A DNA stretch of 64,000 bases from Octopus sinensis (Eukaryota): contig NC_042997.1 of NCBI RefSeq assembly GCF_006345805.1, positions 100,564,001 through 100,628,000 of the forward strand. The letters run 5' to 3'. A program made the position numbers and the translations under genes. The notes below the pieces were generated by a model. That model saw only the letters and a list, made by a program, of their open reading frames with translations, was not told the DNA's origin and made no database searches. Shown here piece by piece: positions 11,429 to 24,430 of this stretch (position 1 is its first letter; each line of letters opens with the position of its first letter).

Positions 11429-11989
11429 CTGGAAATATAACCGAACATATAATATTACAAAAGGCCTAAATATCAAATAAACTAAATATAATGCAAACTG
11501 AATTGGAAGAGATATTATTACAACAAACAATATGAAGAGACAATAACCATAATATACACAAAGTGGTTTTAGGTGGTGGGATCCTTAAATCCTGAAGTAT
11601 TACCCACTTTTCTTTGATTTCTCAGAGAGAGAGGGGGGAGGGAGGGGGAACATTCATCTAAAAAAAATGAAAGGCAAAGTTGATTTCAGCAGGATTTGAA
11701 CTCAAAATGCAGAGAGCCAGAACAGATATAGTATAGCTCTAATAACTTCACTAATCAACTGCCTTATATGCAATCTGACATAATTAAACTTTTTCATATT
11801 ACAGAATTATAATGGTAATTCATTGTTTTTCAGAAACTTCCTTGCTAGGAAGCAAATTTCTCTGCAGGAATCATAAGTAATCAAAGTACTAAAGTTTGCT
11901 AATTATCTAATCTGCATTTACTATAACAATGGCTTACATAGAGATAGATTAAACTCTCGCTTTTCTATGTCACTCATCATGTCAGTGCT

Positions 11990-12480
11990 TTCTCATTCAT
12001 GCGAATTTTGGTAAAAGTAATGTGATTTTTACACTTGACATCAACAAAACCCTTAACTTAACAAGAGTCTCCTAGATAATTTGCTCATCAAAGAGATGTG
12101 TCCATCCCTCATCTCATAAATTGCAAGATTCTTTTAAGACCACACCTTTGCTGTGTGTGCTGACAAGCTCTCTCTGGCCCACACCTGACCAACTTTGATA
12201 TACTCCAAGGTTTGGCTGTTTCCACAACCTTTCTTAAAACTCAGGCGCTGTCATTTACAACACATAAACACAGCTGCTTATAATACCACTCTTCATTCTT
12301 CCTTAACATTATCCACAGAAACATAACTCAAAATACTTATATGCCATATAATTATACATTCCCATTACACTTGCCTCTCTTCTAGTCATCCTTGTTGTGT
12401 CCAATTTCCACCCCAGATCCTGTATTAATCAATATTTCCAGAACATTGGTGCCTTGGAATTCCTTCTCTGCTCATGTCAT
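11990..12480 (+). mobile_element. Highly degenerate CR1/L2-like RT remnant
   Basis: Broken similarity to ALDISKAFDRV...SG....GVPQG (ACACTTGACATCAACAAAACC...CTCCAAGGTTTGGCTG). Many disruptions. Confidence 0.3.
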
Positions 12481-12636
12481 TCCCACATGTGATAATTTAC
12501 ATAGGTTCTAGAAAAACACTAATGGCATCAACCTGACCACTTTGGGAATGGTGTGTAAAGGACATAGGCAATGACCTTTCCTTTAGACCCAACATACATA
12601 AAAAAAATGATGGGATGGTGGTGGTGGAGCATAACA

Positions 12637-12932
12637 GGGTAAAGAGGATAAAGATCCAGAAAGTTCCCCGCTGAGGCACAAGTCTGTGCAAGACCAACAG
12701 TCACCCATGCATACCAGTCTCCCCTCTCCACACCATCAATGTTGTCCAAGGGAAAAACGAAGGCCAATACAGCTTGGACCAGTGATATCACAACTTATTT
12801 CTATGGCTGAGTGAACTGCAGCAATGTGAAATAAAGTAGCTTGCTCAAGAACACAACACACAACCTGATCTGGGAATTGAATTCACAACCTCACGGTTGT
12901 AAGCCCCACACTCTAACCAATGAGCCATGTGT
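12637..12932 (-). mobile_element. tRNA-derived SINE, family B, inverted relative to the 10445 copy
   Basis: Reverse complement is colinear with 10445-10783 (GAAGGCCAATACAGCTTGG, GCTGAGTGAACTG, CTTGCTCAAGAACACAACAC, CTCTAACCA.TGAGCCATG). Confidence 0.82.
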
Positions 12933-13658
12933 CTTTGGTGCATAACAACTTACACATATTAAGGAAACACTTTTGTACCTAAACTTCTTTAGTCATGGAC
13001 AATCAATAATTGAAACTCTCAAAGCCACCACAAATGTTAGGATTTCCTGTTGATCTCTCACTGCAACATCATATTACCAAAGCCACATCCCATTTAGAAC
13101 TGGAAAATACTTTAGTCCTTTTCAGTTTCTGAACTGTGACTTACATTTCAGTACTATTCATATATACATGCTGTACTATTTGTGCTACACACACAAATAT
13201 CCTAGATTGCATCCCACAGATGCACTGTGATAGAGCTTGTAACATCATAGGTTAATGTTGCCTCTTCTATTATAACTGCCTCCAAACCCTAAGCTGTATA
13301 CGTTCTCCACTTAAATTCACTTGACTCATCTGCCTCTCATCTCACCACCTTGGCTCTGTCTTGAGTCTCACACAAAGCATTTCCCAGAACAAGCAAAGCC
13401 TCAGATATTCATACTTGCTTTAGTCTCCAGAATATTTCGTGTGATGTAAAGGACATACTAAATGGGTAATTTAGTTGTTGTATTACTAAGTTCAACATCT
13501 AATACAGAAAGCTCTTTCATTCTTCTACAGATGTGTCATTTATATAATATTTTTATGAAGATACATGTCTTGCTTTAGCTGCATACTTACTATTTTATAA
13601 TTGGGTAAAATAACGATTTGAATTAGATAAAATGGTGTGATTCAAGTATGAAACTAAC

Positions 13659-13736
13659 CTCAGGTATGTCATCATCATTTTCTTGAAGCTGAGGTAACCA
13701 TAAAGATACACTTTTTTCGATCATTTCTTTGGCTTC
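13659..13736 (-). CDS. ACL4: Acl4-like gene exon
   Basis: tttcag acceptor, gttagt donor, 26 codons. EAKEMIEKSVSLWLPQLQENDDDIPE contains the conserved S..LWLP motif. Confidence 0.92.
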
Positions 13737-13779
13737 CTGAAACATAAAAAATAATATAATTTAATGATATGCTGGACCA

Positions 13780-14090
13780 TCATCATCATCATCATCATCG
13801 TTTAACGACCGTTTTCCATGCTGGTATGGGTTGGCTGGTTTGACTGGGGACTGGCAAGCCTGGAGGCTGTACCAGACCCAAATCTAATCTGGCAAAGTTT
13901 CTACAGCTGGATGCCCTTCCTAATGCCAACCACTCCGAGAGTGTAGTGGGTGCTTTTTATGTGCCACAGGCACTAGCCACCTCTGGATGGTGCATTTTAC
14001 ATGCCACAGACACAGGAGCCAGTTGGGGCGGAGGCTGACATCGCCCACGTTCGGATGGTGCTTTTTACATGCCACCAACACAGAGAGCCA
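13780..14090 (-). mobile_element. Abundant retroposon 3'-end/SINE-like repeat with (ATG)n tail and internal ~65-bp tandem units (family C)
   Basis: (CAT)n followed by CGTTTAAC..CCGTTTTCCATGCT...TTTCTACAGCTGGATGCCCTTCCTAATGCCAACCACTCCGAGAGTGTAGTGGG. The same family occurs at 19380, 45425, 51725, 55690 and 63540. Confidence 0.75.
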
Positions 14091-15137
14091 GATAAATGCG
14101 AACAACCTAATTAGTGTAGTTTTTGCATCTATGCAAAAGGACACAAGGACTGTTTTTATTCTTTTAACATTGGACATTAAATAAGGATAGTGATGATATA
14201 TAATGTGTATGTGTCTGTTTGTGAGTACCTTGTCTTGACATCATGATTGTAAATGAGTGTCACTGTCACATGAGTGATGTTTGTTTCCAATCTTCTCTGA
14301 GGAATATGTCCGATCATGGGGAAATATCACCTTGCATGGAAGGTGACAGAAAGGGCATCCAGCAATAGAAAATGTACCTCAACAAATTTCTCTGACCAAT
14401 GCAAGCATGGAAAAGTGGGCATTAAATGATGATACACACACACATATATCAGTGGCAACTCCAGCACTTGGGTTGTTTGGGCTTAGCCTGAGTGTAAGTT
14501 TAGCAAAGCGAACATGTATTTGCAAGCTTATTTAATTGCTGCCAACATTGACTTCAAGTATGTAATTTCAGCCAATAACTCGGGTGCCTTTTATGGCGCC
14601 TAGTTGCAGTCCATTTATTGTTGTTCAGCTTCTGGTGATTGTCTTAGAAGTGCCCTGTGTTAAAAAATATCATTTGTAGCAGTCGTTCTCTCAATGTTGT
14701 TCACACATCACCTGACTCGGAAGTTAGAGCCCAAGTTGTTATTCATAATTATAAAAATTAAAAGTAATTCAAATTCAATTTTTTCTTGAAACAATCAATT
14801 TCTATAGGGATTAGGATTTAAATTCCAATCTATGAAAAGTTTCTGTTCTACAATATTCTTAAAGGGACGAAAAATTATCCAGCAACTTGGGCTAATATGA
14901 ATGAGCCGGGTAAGTATAGAAGACTAACTGGCATCTCTTGTCAAGAGTACAGGCAACAGTCAGATCATTGATGTTTGTTGTGCACTCTGTTGTCGTTATT
15001 TGATTGCTGTTATTCTGTGTGTAAAGATCAGTCGTGTTTTGCAGAGTTGTTTTATTTTTACCCTTAACTTAGAAATGGAAGCCATTTGGGGCAAGAAATA
15101 TTGCGGAAAAACGTGAAATTCTTTGAGCAGGCACGTG

Positions 15138-15140
<3 letters not shown>

Positions 15141-15187
<47 letters not shown>
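15141..15187. repeat. (TA)n microsatellite
   Basis: Direct reading of about 20 TA units. Confidence 0.95.
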
Positions 15188-15189
<2 letters not shown>

Positions 15190-15769
15190 TTATAGAGAGA
15201 GAGAGAGCTATTTTGAGGTGTATAAGAAAAAAAGACATGTTTCAATGAAGAGTAAACATTTATCATGTGATAAATAATTTTCTATATCACTCCACATTGA
15301 ATTAAAACTTATTAAAACATTCTAACTAAAGCAAGATTAACTGATATCAAAACTGAAATGAGAAATCTCACTGGGTTAAATTTAAAAGTGAAGGCATGAA
15401 AATGACTGCATTCAAAATAAACAATTGAAAATTAATATTATTTCATTCCAAAATGGAGATGTTTCTCTCTCTCAATCTTTCAATATATTTTTATTTTCAT
15501 ACATTACTTGGGATCAAACTTGACACAAACACAATATATTCATCATCACTATTATTTTTATATCCATTTTTCCATGCTTGCATGGAATTTTGTTGAGGTG
15601 TATTTTCTATGTCCAGACTCTCTTCCTGTCATCAACACCCACTTGTTTCCAAGTAAGATAATATTTTTCCATAACCAGATGTGTTTTCTTGGAATATTAT
15701 GAATGAAGGACACAGATTGCATAACAGTGATATGCATTTACAATTACCATACAATCTCACTACCCCCAT

Positions 15770-15968
15770 CTCCATATATATATATATATATATATGTACA
15801 CACACATACGATGGGCTTCTTTCAGTTTCCATCTACCTAATCTACTCAGAAGGCTTTGGCCAGACCAGGGCTGTAGCAGAAGACACTCTCCCAAGGTGCT
15901 AAGCAGTGGGATTGAACCTAAAACCATGGGAATGGGAAACAAACATTTTACCACACAGCCACTTCTGC
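15770..15968 (-). mobile_element. SINE family A, 5' half
   Basis: Colinear with 11130-11308 (GGGCTTCTTTCAGTTTCC...GGCTTTGG...GAAGACACT...CCAAGGTG). Confidence 0.8.
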
Positions 15969-16008
15969 ACCTTTAAAACAGACATATAATAGAAATGCAG
16001 ATATTTAC

Positions 16009-16132
16009 TTCAATCTTTTCAATATTCATTAGAAATTGGGCTTTTAATTGGTAGGCTTCAGGATTTTGAGGGTCAGCAGCAACAGCTTTCTCTACATTTT
16101 CTTGACATTTGTCAGCTGCACCTTCTTCCAGA
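16009..16132 (-). CDS. ACL4: Acl4-like gene exon
   Basis: ctttag acceptor, gtaaat donor, phase 2 to 0. (C)LEEGAADKCQENVEKAVAADPQNPEAYQLKAQFLMNIEKIE is a TPR with the DP.N.EA motif. Confidence 0.93.
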
Positions 16133-17201
16133 CTAAAGTAAGACATTATAACAAAAAAAAAAGGAAAAGTACAATGTTAATAATATTAGAAAAAACAACT
16201 TGTTGATATTAAACTTAACCATTTAGCATTCAGATTACTGTGCTAGATGTAATGCTTATTTATTCATATTGTTTTGAATTAATCATGCATTATCAGGTAG
16301 CTTTGAGATTTCAATGTGATTGTTGATTTGTAGAATGACACTGTGGGATAGATGTGAAAGGCTGGATCTGGTTGTTTTCCACATAAAACAAGATAGAATG
16401 TTTGGACCAGATATGGCCAGTTTGGGATCTTTTCTTTTTGGCTGCACCTGTGGAAATTTTAAAGTTTAGTGAAAATTTTAAAATTTGGTTATTGATGTAA
16501 TTTTCCACACTGAATCTCAAGAGATAATTTACTTTTTCCAGAAAAATTTTCTTTTAAATTACAGAGGTTTAAAGTTTGATCATGTTTACCCAGTCATAAA
16601 ACAGGATTTGGAAGCTGTCATTTTGTGCAAGACAGTACATGTTGTCAACTGTAAACAAATGAAATATTGGCAGAATTCTGCTTTATGCATGATATGTAAC
16701 CTATTGTAATTTTTTTAATTTTTGGAATTTTCAGAAAATTTTTGGAAATTTATATTCTACACATGGGAATTCATACGATTATGCAACCCTGCCACACAAA
16801 ATGTTGGCGTGTGATTTAGGGCCTATTTAGCTATTATTTCTTAGCAAATCTCACAACTACCTGTACTTTAAGTATTTAATAAGCAAAAAAATAACCACAA
16901 GGGTAAGCAGCCCTGTAACAGCTTGGCTTGTTACTATGGAAACAGGTATCTATATGTCTGTGGCTTTCGGATGGCTAAAATTCCCCAAAATTTGCAAACT
17001 TTAAAAGCTATTAACTCTTTATTGATTTATAGTGAAAACAAATTTCCAGTCAATGATTACCATACAACACTACTTCAACACATCAAATACAAAATCAATT
17101 GGAACAAAACTTGAGGAAACTGAAAAATGGTAGCCAGACAGAAAAGACCCCTAATTTGAATGCTAAAAGGATAGAGATATTTGAAAAGTAATCACACTTA
17201 C

Positions 17202-17317
17202 CATAAGTCTGTCATGTAAATCTCTGCAATGGCACAATAAGCTGATGAGATGTCTCGTTCTGATGCATAATGTTCTACTTCAGCAGGTGTTGTAGAACCC
17301 TCAGCTGCTTTAGAAAG
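17202..17317 (-). CDS. ACL4: Acl4-like gene exon
   Basis: ccacag acceptor, gtaagt donor. LSKAAEGSTTPAEVEHYASERDISSAYCAIAEIYMTDL(C) contains the hallmark Acl4-family motif AEIYMTDLC. Confidence 0.95.
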
Positions 17318-17358
17318 CTGTGGACAAGACACAGTACATGTTTGAAAAATATGTAAGA

Positions 17359-18516
17359 CTAGCAGTATAACCCAGCCTTGCCCGGGATTAAGTTACGATT
17401 ATTAAGCTAATCAAGTTCTTTATTTCAAACCAAACTAAGTAATATCGACATCAAATTTGGGCAAAAGCCGTTGAAATTGGTTATATTATATATATATAAT
17501 ATAATATAGATATGGGTAACAGACATGAACACACATACACACACGTACACCTATTGCATGTTTTGTGCATGCATACATGTTCATAAACAGAAACGAATGG
17601 GAAAAATGTTGTTAAATCGTTTTTTTTTGCGTGGAATCAACTACTCTGGCATCCTAATATGCTACAAAACCCTTTTTGTGGTCCGTGAAACCGAGTGGGG
17701 TGTGGTGGAAGACTCAGAAATTGTACCCATTTATATTGTGTAATTCACTGACAAATTGTTACTCACCTATCTGTTTCTTTGTTGTTAAATACATGGATTC
17801 TCAACAAAACACTTTTTTACTTGGCGTAAAATAAAAACAAAACTCTTTCGCACCATAAGTAATGTGTGTGAGAGAGAGAGTGGGGAGAAAGATGAACGAT
17901 TTAAAATAAATATATTGTAATTGTTGTGTGAGAAAGTATATATACTATGATTATAAAATATAGTATCTTTCAAAAACATCCTGAATTTGAACACTATATC
18001 TCGTGTTTAAGAAAAAACAAAACATTTTACATTTTATTTTTTATGAACGTCGTCACTTACTCTCTCTCTCCCTCTCTCATTTTGTCTTTCCCTTTTCTGT
18101 TGTTTAGATGCCGTGAAACTTTCTTCCACTTTTCTTTATTTTGTTTTTTTTTGTTAGACGTCAAAAAGCTATGGCTGAAAATAGATTTTTATGAACGTCA
18201 TCACTTACTCTCTCTCTCCCTCTCACTTTGTCTTTCCCGTGAAACTCTCTGCCCCTCTTCCACTTTTCTTTATCTTGTTTTTTTTTTGTTAGACGCGGTC
18301 AAAAAGCTATTGCTGATATTTTTTATGGCTAAAAATAGAATTTTACCGTAATCCGCGGGTGCCTCGGGAAAAAAATAAGTTGACAAAACCCAAATAGGGT
18401 GTTGACAAATGTCCTCCTAAAATTTGAGCGACATTCATGCAAATTTGTGGATGTGCATAAAATACAATCATGTACACACACACACACGCACATCTTGCCG
18501 TATATATATATACAGA
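17359..18516 (-). mobile_element. Non-autonomous Helitron (~1.16 kb)
   Basis: Minus strand: A|TCTGTATATATATATAC at the 5' end, subterminal hairpin CCCGGGCAAGGCTGGG, then CTAG|T at the 3' end, inserted at an AT dinucleotide. An internal ~150-bp duplication spans about 18040-18340. Confidence 0.8.
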
Positions 18517-18810
18517 TAAGCAAAAGAGAAAGATCATCATCATTTAAAGATTATCTCCATGCTAGCATAAGTTTGATGGTTTGATAGGGGCTGGCAAATC
18601 CAAGAACTGCACCAGAATATTTAAAATTGATACCATAACAGAATATTGGGCATACATACATACACACACACACACACAAACACCCCAAGTAGTTATATTA
18701 AAAGTATTTTGTAAATAATACCTGGATAACCTAACTTTTTCCTTATTTTCAAAATGTTTATGCTATGAGGATCTTTTTGGTAATAAACAAAAGAAACTAA
18801 AAATTTGTAC

Positions 18811-18957
18811 CTCATCATTTAATTCTTTTTCTTTAAGCATAACTTCAATTCCTTTGAGGAAATACCGGACAGAAGACTCTCCTTGCTCTGTCTGTCCAAG
18901 ATACATGTACTTTGCATGACCAAGATCGGGTTGAAACTCAACAGCTTTAAGGAAAAA
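18811..18957 (-). CDS. ACL4: Acl4-like gene exon
   Basis: ttttacag acceptor, gtacaa donor, 49 codons. FFLKAVEFQPDLGHAKYMYLGQTEQGESSVRYFLKGIEVMLKEKELNDE contains the conserved GH.KYMYLGQ motif. Confidence 0.95.
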
Positions 18958-19833
18958 CTGTAAAAAAAGAAAAAGGAAAAAATATAATTAATAACATTAA
19001 AAATCTTGTGCTGAATAAAGTACTTTTTTAATTTTTTTTTTTTTAACATTGTAAAAGTTGAAATATAAATTTAGTTATTAAATCTCACTTATTGCAACCA
19101 CATCCATAGACAAAACCAATAAATTTATAATGATTCCATAAACTTAAATTGAAAAATAATAAAGACAACTGAAATGTAAATGAGACTGTCTTTAGCTGAT
19201 TCAACTGAATGACCAGTGAAAGAAGTTTTAGAAGCCTTTACATGAGGTAAGGGTACTTCTAACATTTCAACAAAATAATCAAATAACTTGGGTATTTACA
19301 CTGATTTGTTTTTACCACTGTCAATAGCTACAAAGGTAAGCTAGGGGTCTAGAAAGTTCAATGTTGATAGAACTCCTCCTCATCAACATCATTTAATGCC
19401 CTTTTTCCATGCTGACATAGGTTGGACAGTTTGACCAGAGGTGTTAAGGCCAGGTGCCACACCAAGCTCCATTATCTGTCCTGGCATAGTTTCTATAGCT
19501 GGATGTCCTTCCTAACACCAACCACTCTACAGAGTGCACTGGGTGCTTTTAATGTGGCACCAGCATTAGTATGAATTCTGTTGTGGTGGAGGAGTCTTCT
19601 TGAGTACAGCAATAAAAAATAGTGGGAAATGAAAGTGTAAAATTCAGTGTTAGGAAGGGTAGGTATTCATGTGTAAAAGCTATGCTAAAGGAGACAACAG
19701 AGCATGATGCAGTCATTGGACACACTGGAGCCTGTCAAACCAACCAAACCATGCTAGCATGGAACATGGATGTTATATAATAATGATGATGGTGAAGATG
19801 AGAAGATGATGGCAACAACAGGTGGATGTTTAA

Positions 19834-20045
19834 CCCTTTCGTTACCAACCCGGTTGAAACCGGCTCTGAGTACAAATGTCTTATTTTCATAAGTTCTAAA
19901 TTAAAATCTTCCAAACTTTAGTCACAATTTATGTTCCTAACATTAGCTGAATGATAACTAAGTTATTTTACTAAATTCTTTGTTATATTTTAAAGTAATT
20001 TAAAGAAACACAGAGCATCTCAAAATAAATACAGTAACAAAAGGG
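19834..20045. mobile_element. piggyBac-type MITE (CCCTTTCGTTAC family)
   Basis: TTAA TSDs and TIRs. Colinear with 2142-2349. Confidence 0.85.
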
Positions 20046-20175
20046 TTAATATAAAACCTAGGAAAAGGTTGAAAGCAAAAGCACTGATGAAATGACTGGG
20101 TATTACAAATGCAGGGTAATGCTGCTATGAACATTATTCTTTACTTTGACATGTTAAGTTCAATTTATTACTTAC

Positions 20176-20322
20176 CTGTTTGCCTGCGTCATGTTGCTTC
20201 AATTCCATTAAGACATGACCTGCTGTTTCAAGTGCCTTTAGATTATCTGGCTCCCTTTCTATAGCTCGTAAACAGAATTTGTGAGCAAGCTCAAACTGGA
20301 ACTGGTCAATGCATTTTTCAGC
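20176..20322 (-). CDS. ACL4: Acl4-like gene exon
   Basis: ttgtag acceptor, gtaagt donor, 49 codons. AEKCIDQFQFELAHKFCLRAIEREPDNLKALETAGHVLMELKQHDAGKQ is the first TPR region. Confidence 0.94.
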
Positions 20323-20893
20323 CTACAATTTATCAAAACAATGATCACAGAATTAATTTAGGAAGGATGTTTTATGTCCAGTTTGAATCAGGTTTGACAT
20401 TAATCCACTTATTGTTCTGTATAAATACTTTATATAATAAGGGCTTTATTTTTTTTAATGTTTTTGATACTGTGTTATTTTGTTGTTGTACTTTACTTTC
20501 CAGAAGGTGTTTTTTTTTAATTAAACAATTTCCAAAACAAGTGTATGTAAAATTTCTTGTTTAAAGTGATTTGAATTAAAATCTTCAAGTAAACTTTCAA
20601 GATAATTTATATTCCACACACCATGTTATTATGGATGAAGTTATTGTATTAAATTTTACATTATTTTAAAAAATTAATTGAAAGAAAAGTAGTGCATTTC
20701 AACAGAAATATGGTAACAAAAAGGGTTAAGATGAATTGATATAATCAATTGAATATACTTCTCTATCTTGCTATTATAACAAACAAAAAAAAACACCAAA
20801 TGAATCAAAGGCGAGGTCAAACCTGGTGGGGTTCATACTGAGAATTCAGAAGCAATCTTTTTTTATCAACTCAGAAATATGAAATGAATTTAA

Positions 20894-21113
20894 CCCTTCC
20901 ATTACCATATTTCTGTTGAAATACACTTTGTTTCAATTGATTTGGAAAATAATGAAGCATTTAGGAAAATAACCTTATCATTTATTAAGCTGGTGTTTGG
21001 AATGTAGAGTAACAGGAAATTTTGATGGAAAGTTTTAACTTAGATCACTTTAGAACAGGAGGTTTGTACCATAGAGCCATGTGTGGTCTTAAGACAGGAT
21101 AGGAGCAAAAAGG
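20894..21113. mobile_element. piggyBac-type MITE, diverged
   Basis: TTAA|CCCTTCCATTACC ... GCAAAAAGG|TTAA. Confidence 0.7.
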
Positions 21114-21765
21114 TTAACGTTTTTGTGATTTGATTCAGATACACAATACATCAACCTAGACAGTTCAAACATCTAGCCCAGCTTTTTATAATTTTACATA
21201 GCTCTCAAGATAATCATTATAATAACATAACAGAAGCAATATTTTCAGATTAGGATAAATTTTTCACCTATCTGATTTGGTTTTTGAAAATTATATAGTT
21301 TTTAAATTTTATTACATCATGCCATATGCTTTACAAATATTAACCCTTTAGCATTTCCACTTAGAAGGCTTTGGTTGATCCAGGGCTATAGTAGAAGATA
21401 CCTGCCCATGCCATGTAATGCAATGGGACTGAACCCAATTACTAAAATGATAATTTCATTTATTAGTGAAATTATGTAGTGACTGGGAGAAAAATCTACA
21501 TACTAACATTTCTGACGTAAATGAGGTAATATTTATCCCCACTTAAACAAGGAAGTTCTGTTAGCATAGTTTGTTCTAATAGAACATCCACATTTAAGTG
21601 GGAATTAATATTACCTCTTGATATTAATGCTGCCGCTAATATATATTTAATAAAAAGATAATACACAGGGCATTTTTATAAGGAATGAAATTTTCTGAAT
21701 TCCAGTAATCTAAATGCTAAAGGTCAAAACATCCAATTTCCAAGTTTGATATAACAATAGAATAC

Positions 21766-21857
21766 CTGAGACAGAAGTTGTTCCACATCACATTTACTTT
21801 TTTCTTTTGATCCAACTGCAACATTTCCAGCTTGTCCAAATGGCAAAGTATTCCCCA
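21766..21857 (-). CDS. ACL4: Acl4-like gene, most 5' coding exon found (begins in phase 1)
   Basis: ttttttctag acceptor, gtattc donor. (x)GNTLPFGQAGNVAVGSKEKSKCDVEQLLSQ is in frame with the next exon. Confidence 0.82.
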
Positions 21858-22789
21858 CTAGAAAAAAAATTTTTAAATAGTGAATTAAAACAAGAATCAT
21901 TAAAAACAAAGTAGTTCATTTTCTAAAAAAATGTTGCAAGTAATTCTGACTTTTATAGACAAAGTTAATTTCTTTCATAGGGGGAGGTATATAGTTGAAT
22001 GAATTGACCAGGTAATGAAAGCACACTGACAGGACTTGATATAAATGGATGCTATTATGTATTGTATGGCAGCAGCTGCTGCTGCTACTACTACTGCCAC
22101 CACCACCTTCTCCACTACCAACGCGATTCATGCAATTTCACTGCCCTCTACTATCTTGTTATGCCTAGTCTCTATAAGATAGTGTATAACAATGTATCAT
22201 ACGAGCATAGCACAGCATTTTTAACTAAAATAAATAATAAATGAAATTAAAACAATAATCAGACATATGCAATAAAAGTATCAGAGAAAAAAAATGCCCC
22301 CTTGCCCTCCCCGGACAATAAAAGTGAATGACAAAGTATTGTATGCTGCAAATAAAAATGACACCTGAAAATGAATAAGACAGAAGGATGGAGTAATTTT
22401 CCCTGAACAAAGTCCTTTATTATTGCAGTGTTTCAATGAATGACGTATAGACTAATTTTATGACAAATTCCCCAATACAGTTGGAAAATAACACTACCAT
22501 CACCTCTTCAATTTTGCTGAAACTTAGCATAGAATTCTTTTATATACTCATCAGGCTTTCAGGATGCAATCTAATTACAATTTAAAAGGACATCAATCAC
22601 TAGAGAGATAAAAGACAAAGTTGAACTTGGCAGCATCTGAATTCAAAACATATCATCATGTCATAATGCATTTTGATATTAACTGAATTGTTAAAAGAAT
22701 TCAGTTGTTAATAATAACAGTTTCAAATTTTGACACAAAGGCCAAGGCAAAGTTGATCACAGCAGAATTTTAACTCAGCTGCAGTATGA

Positions 22790-22945
22790 AAACCAAAAGA
22801 AGAATATCAATAGTCATCAAAGCTCTTGAACTCATAAAGAAAGGAATGGGAAAATTCATCAATGATGTCCTAGACAATATAAGAAAGTCAAGAAAATTTC
22901 CCTACTGGAAATAACCCATAAGAAGAGTACTGACTAGCAAGTGAC
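22790..22945 (+). mobile_element. 3' end remnant of an R4/Dong-like RLE non-LTR retrotransposon
   Basis: Broken translation ISIVIKALELIKKGMGKFINDVLDNI...RRVL resembles the IP.VIGALG...QK..LLGT.HILR.VL C-terminus. Confidence 0.45.
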
Positions 22946-23499
22946 ATCTTTTACATAGCACCTCAGGCCTATAATTTTGACCCAGCTCTGTAAGATATAA
23001 AACAGGAAGGACAAAAGGAACGGTAATTATTATTTCTAACAAAGGCACAAGATTTAGGATTTGAACTCAGAACATTAAGAGCCTGAACAATTACTGCAGA
23101 ACATACTTTTTCTAACTTTTAATTGTCACATCCATCCACTCCCTGCTTCATTATGTGTTAAAGCTGCCCTTTATTTTTCCCTCAATATATCCATGTTCTT
23201 TTTAATCACACACACATACATACATATTTTACCTCATACAGAAGTTTGTAGTTCACTTACAATATACTCAACAATTCTTGTCCTCACTGACTATACTGAA
23301 AATCTTTCCTTTCCCCTGCCGATATGTAAAAAGCCTCAACCGATCTCCTATCTATAACTCTGTATCCTCTTTTCATAGATCATATGCTTAGTGTACCAGA
23401 TACTACTTCCTTTCCTATGTCAGCATCCTGCCAATGACAGTGAATAAATAAATCACAGTAAACACCCATTATATTGGTAGTGTTAATGGAATCAGAATT

Positions 23500-24430
23500 A
23501 TGATAAAAAGTAGATCTGGAGACTAGCTCTATGACAATTGACAGTGGTTGGCAACTTCAGTGGAATATCATTTAATGAGTTGATGGTGTCCATAACATAC
23601 ATAGAGGCTACAAATATTGTTCAAGAAATGAGAAGAGCATAAGGCTTCTGTAGTTCTATGATGCAACTGACTTGATAATTTGCAACTTACCCTTTAAGAA
23701 AACTGGCAAACAAGAAATGGGACAGAGGGGCTATTGTAAATACTAAAACCTTTCTGGGCAAAGAATATCCTATGCAACATAAATTAATGGCGAATGACTT
23801 CAGAGTCAGAGTTAGGCAGACACAGAAATTGTACAATATGGAGAAGGAAGACATGGAAACTAAAAGACCCTACTATTGGGTATAGATTTAGAGAAATTCT
23901 AAATGATGCATATAACTGAAGGGAAAAAAATTAGATGCCTGTAACATAGAAGACAATTGGGAATTTCTACAAAACAACCTTACTAGGGCTACAAACCAGA
24001 CATGTGGCTGGGATTTTGTCCCGGCCAAGCTGAAATGGATATGATGATGGAATGATATGTTTGATAGGGCAGTAAAGGCTAAGAGACAGGTTAGAAAACC
24101 TGGAAGTAATATAGTAGTAGGGAGAATTACTAAATGGTTAGAAGAGGAGCAAGATGACAGGTATATTTGGCTAAGGGTGAAGCAGAAAGGAAGAGATTTG
24201 CACATGTCTTGCAATGTGAGGATCAGAGGCATAAAGTGTTCAGGATTTCAAGACAGTGTGTAAGAGAAAATCAAGATGTCATTGGTGAGAGAGGCATTTG
24301 AAATGATAAAAGGTATATGGCTGAATGTGGAGAATGCATGGAATAAAGAGGGCTTACTTCATACTGACCCAACAGAGGGACCAACAAAAGTTGACAGTAG
24401 TGTGGTAGACAAAGCAATTAAGAACATGAT
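23500..24430 (+). mobile_element. Degenerate RTE-clade LINE (endonuclease end and linker region)
   Basis: Fragments resemble QHKL...DFRVR, WW....DRAVKAKRQ, ENQDVIGE and TEGP..VD...V.KAIKNM. Confidence 0.55.

Noticed and set aside
23690-23702. 12-nt minus-strand microexon candidate with a gtaagt donor
   Set aside because: It lies within a plus-strand RTE remnant and has no support as part of ACL4.
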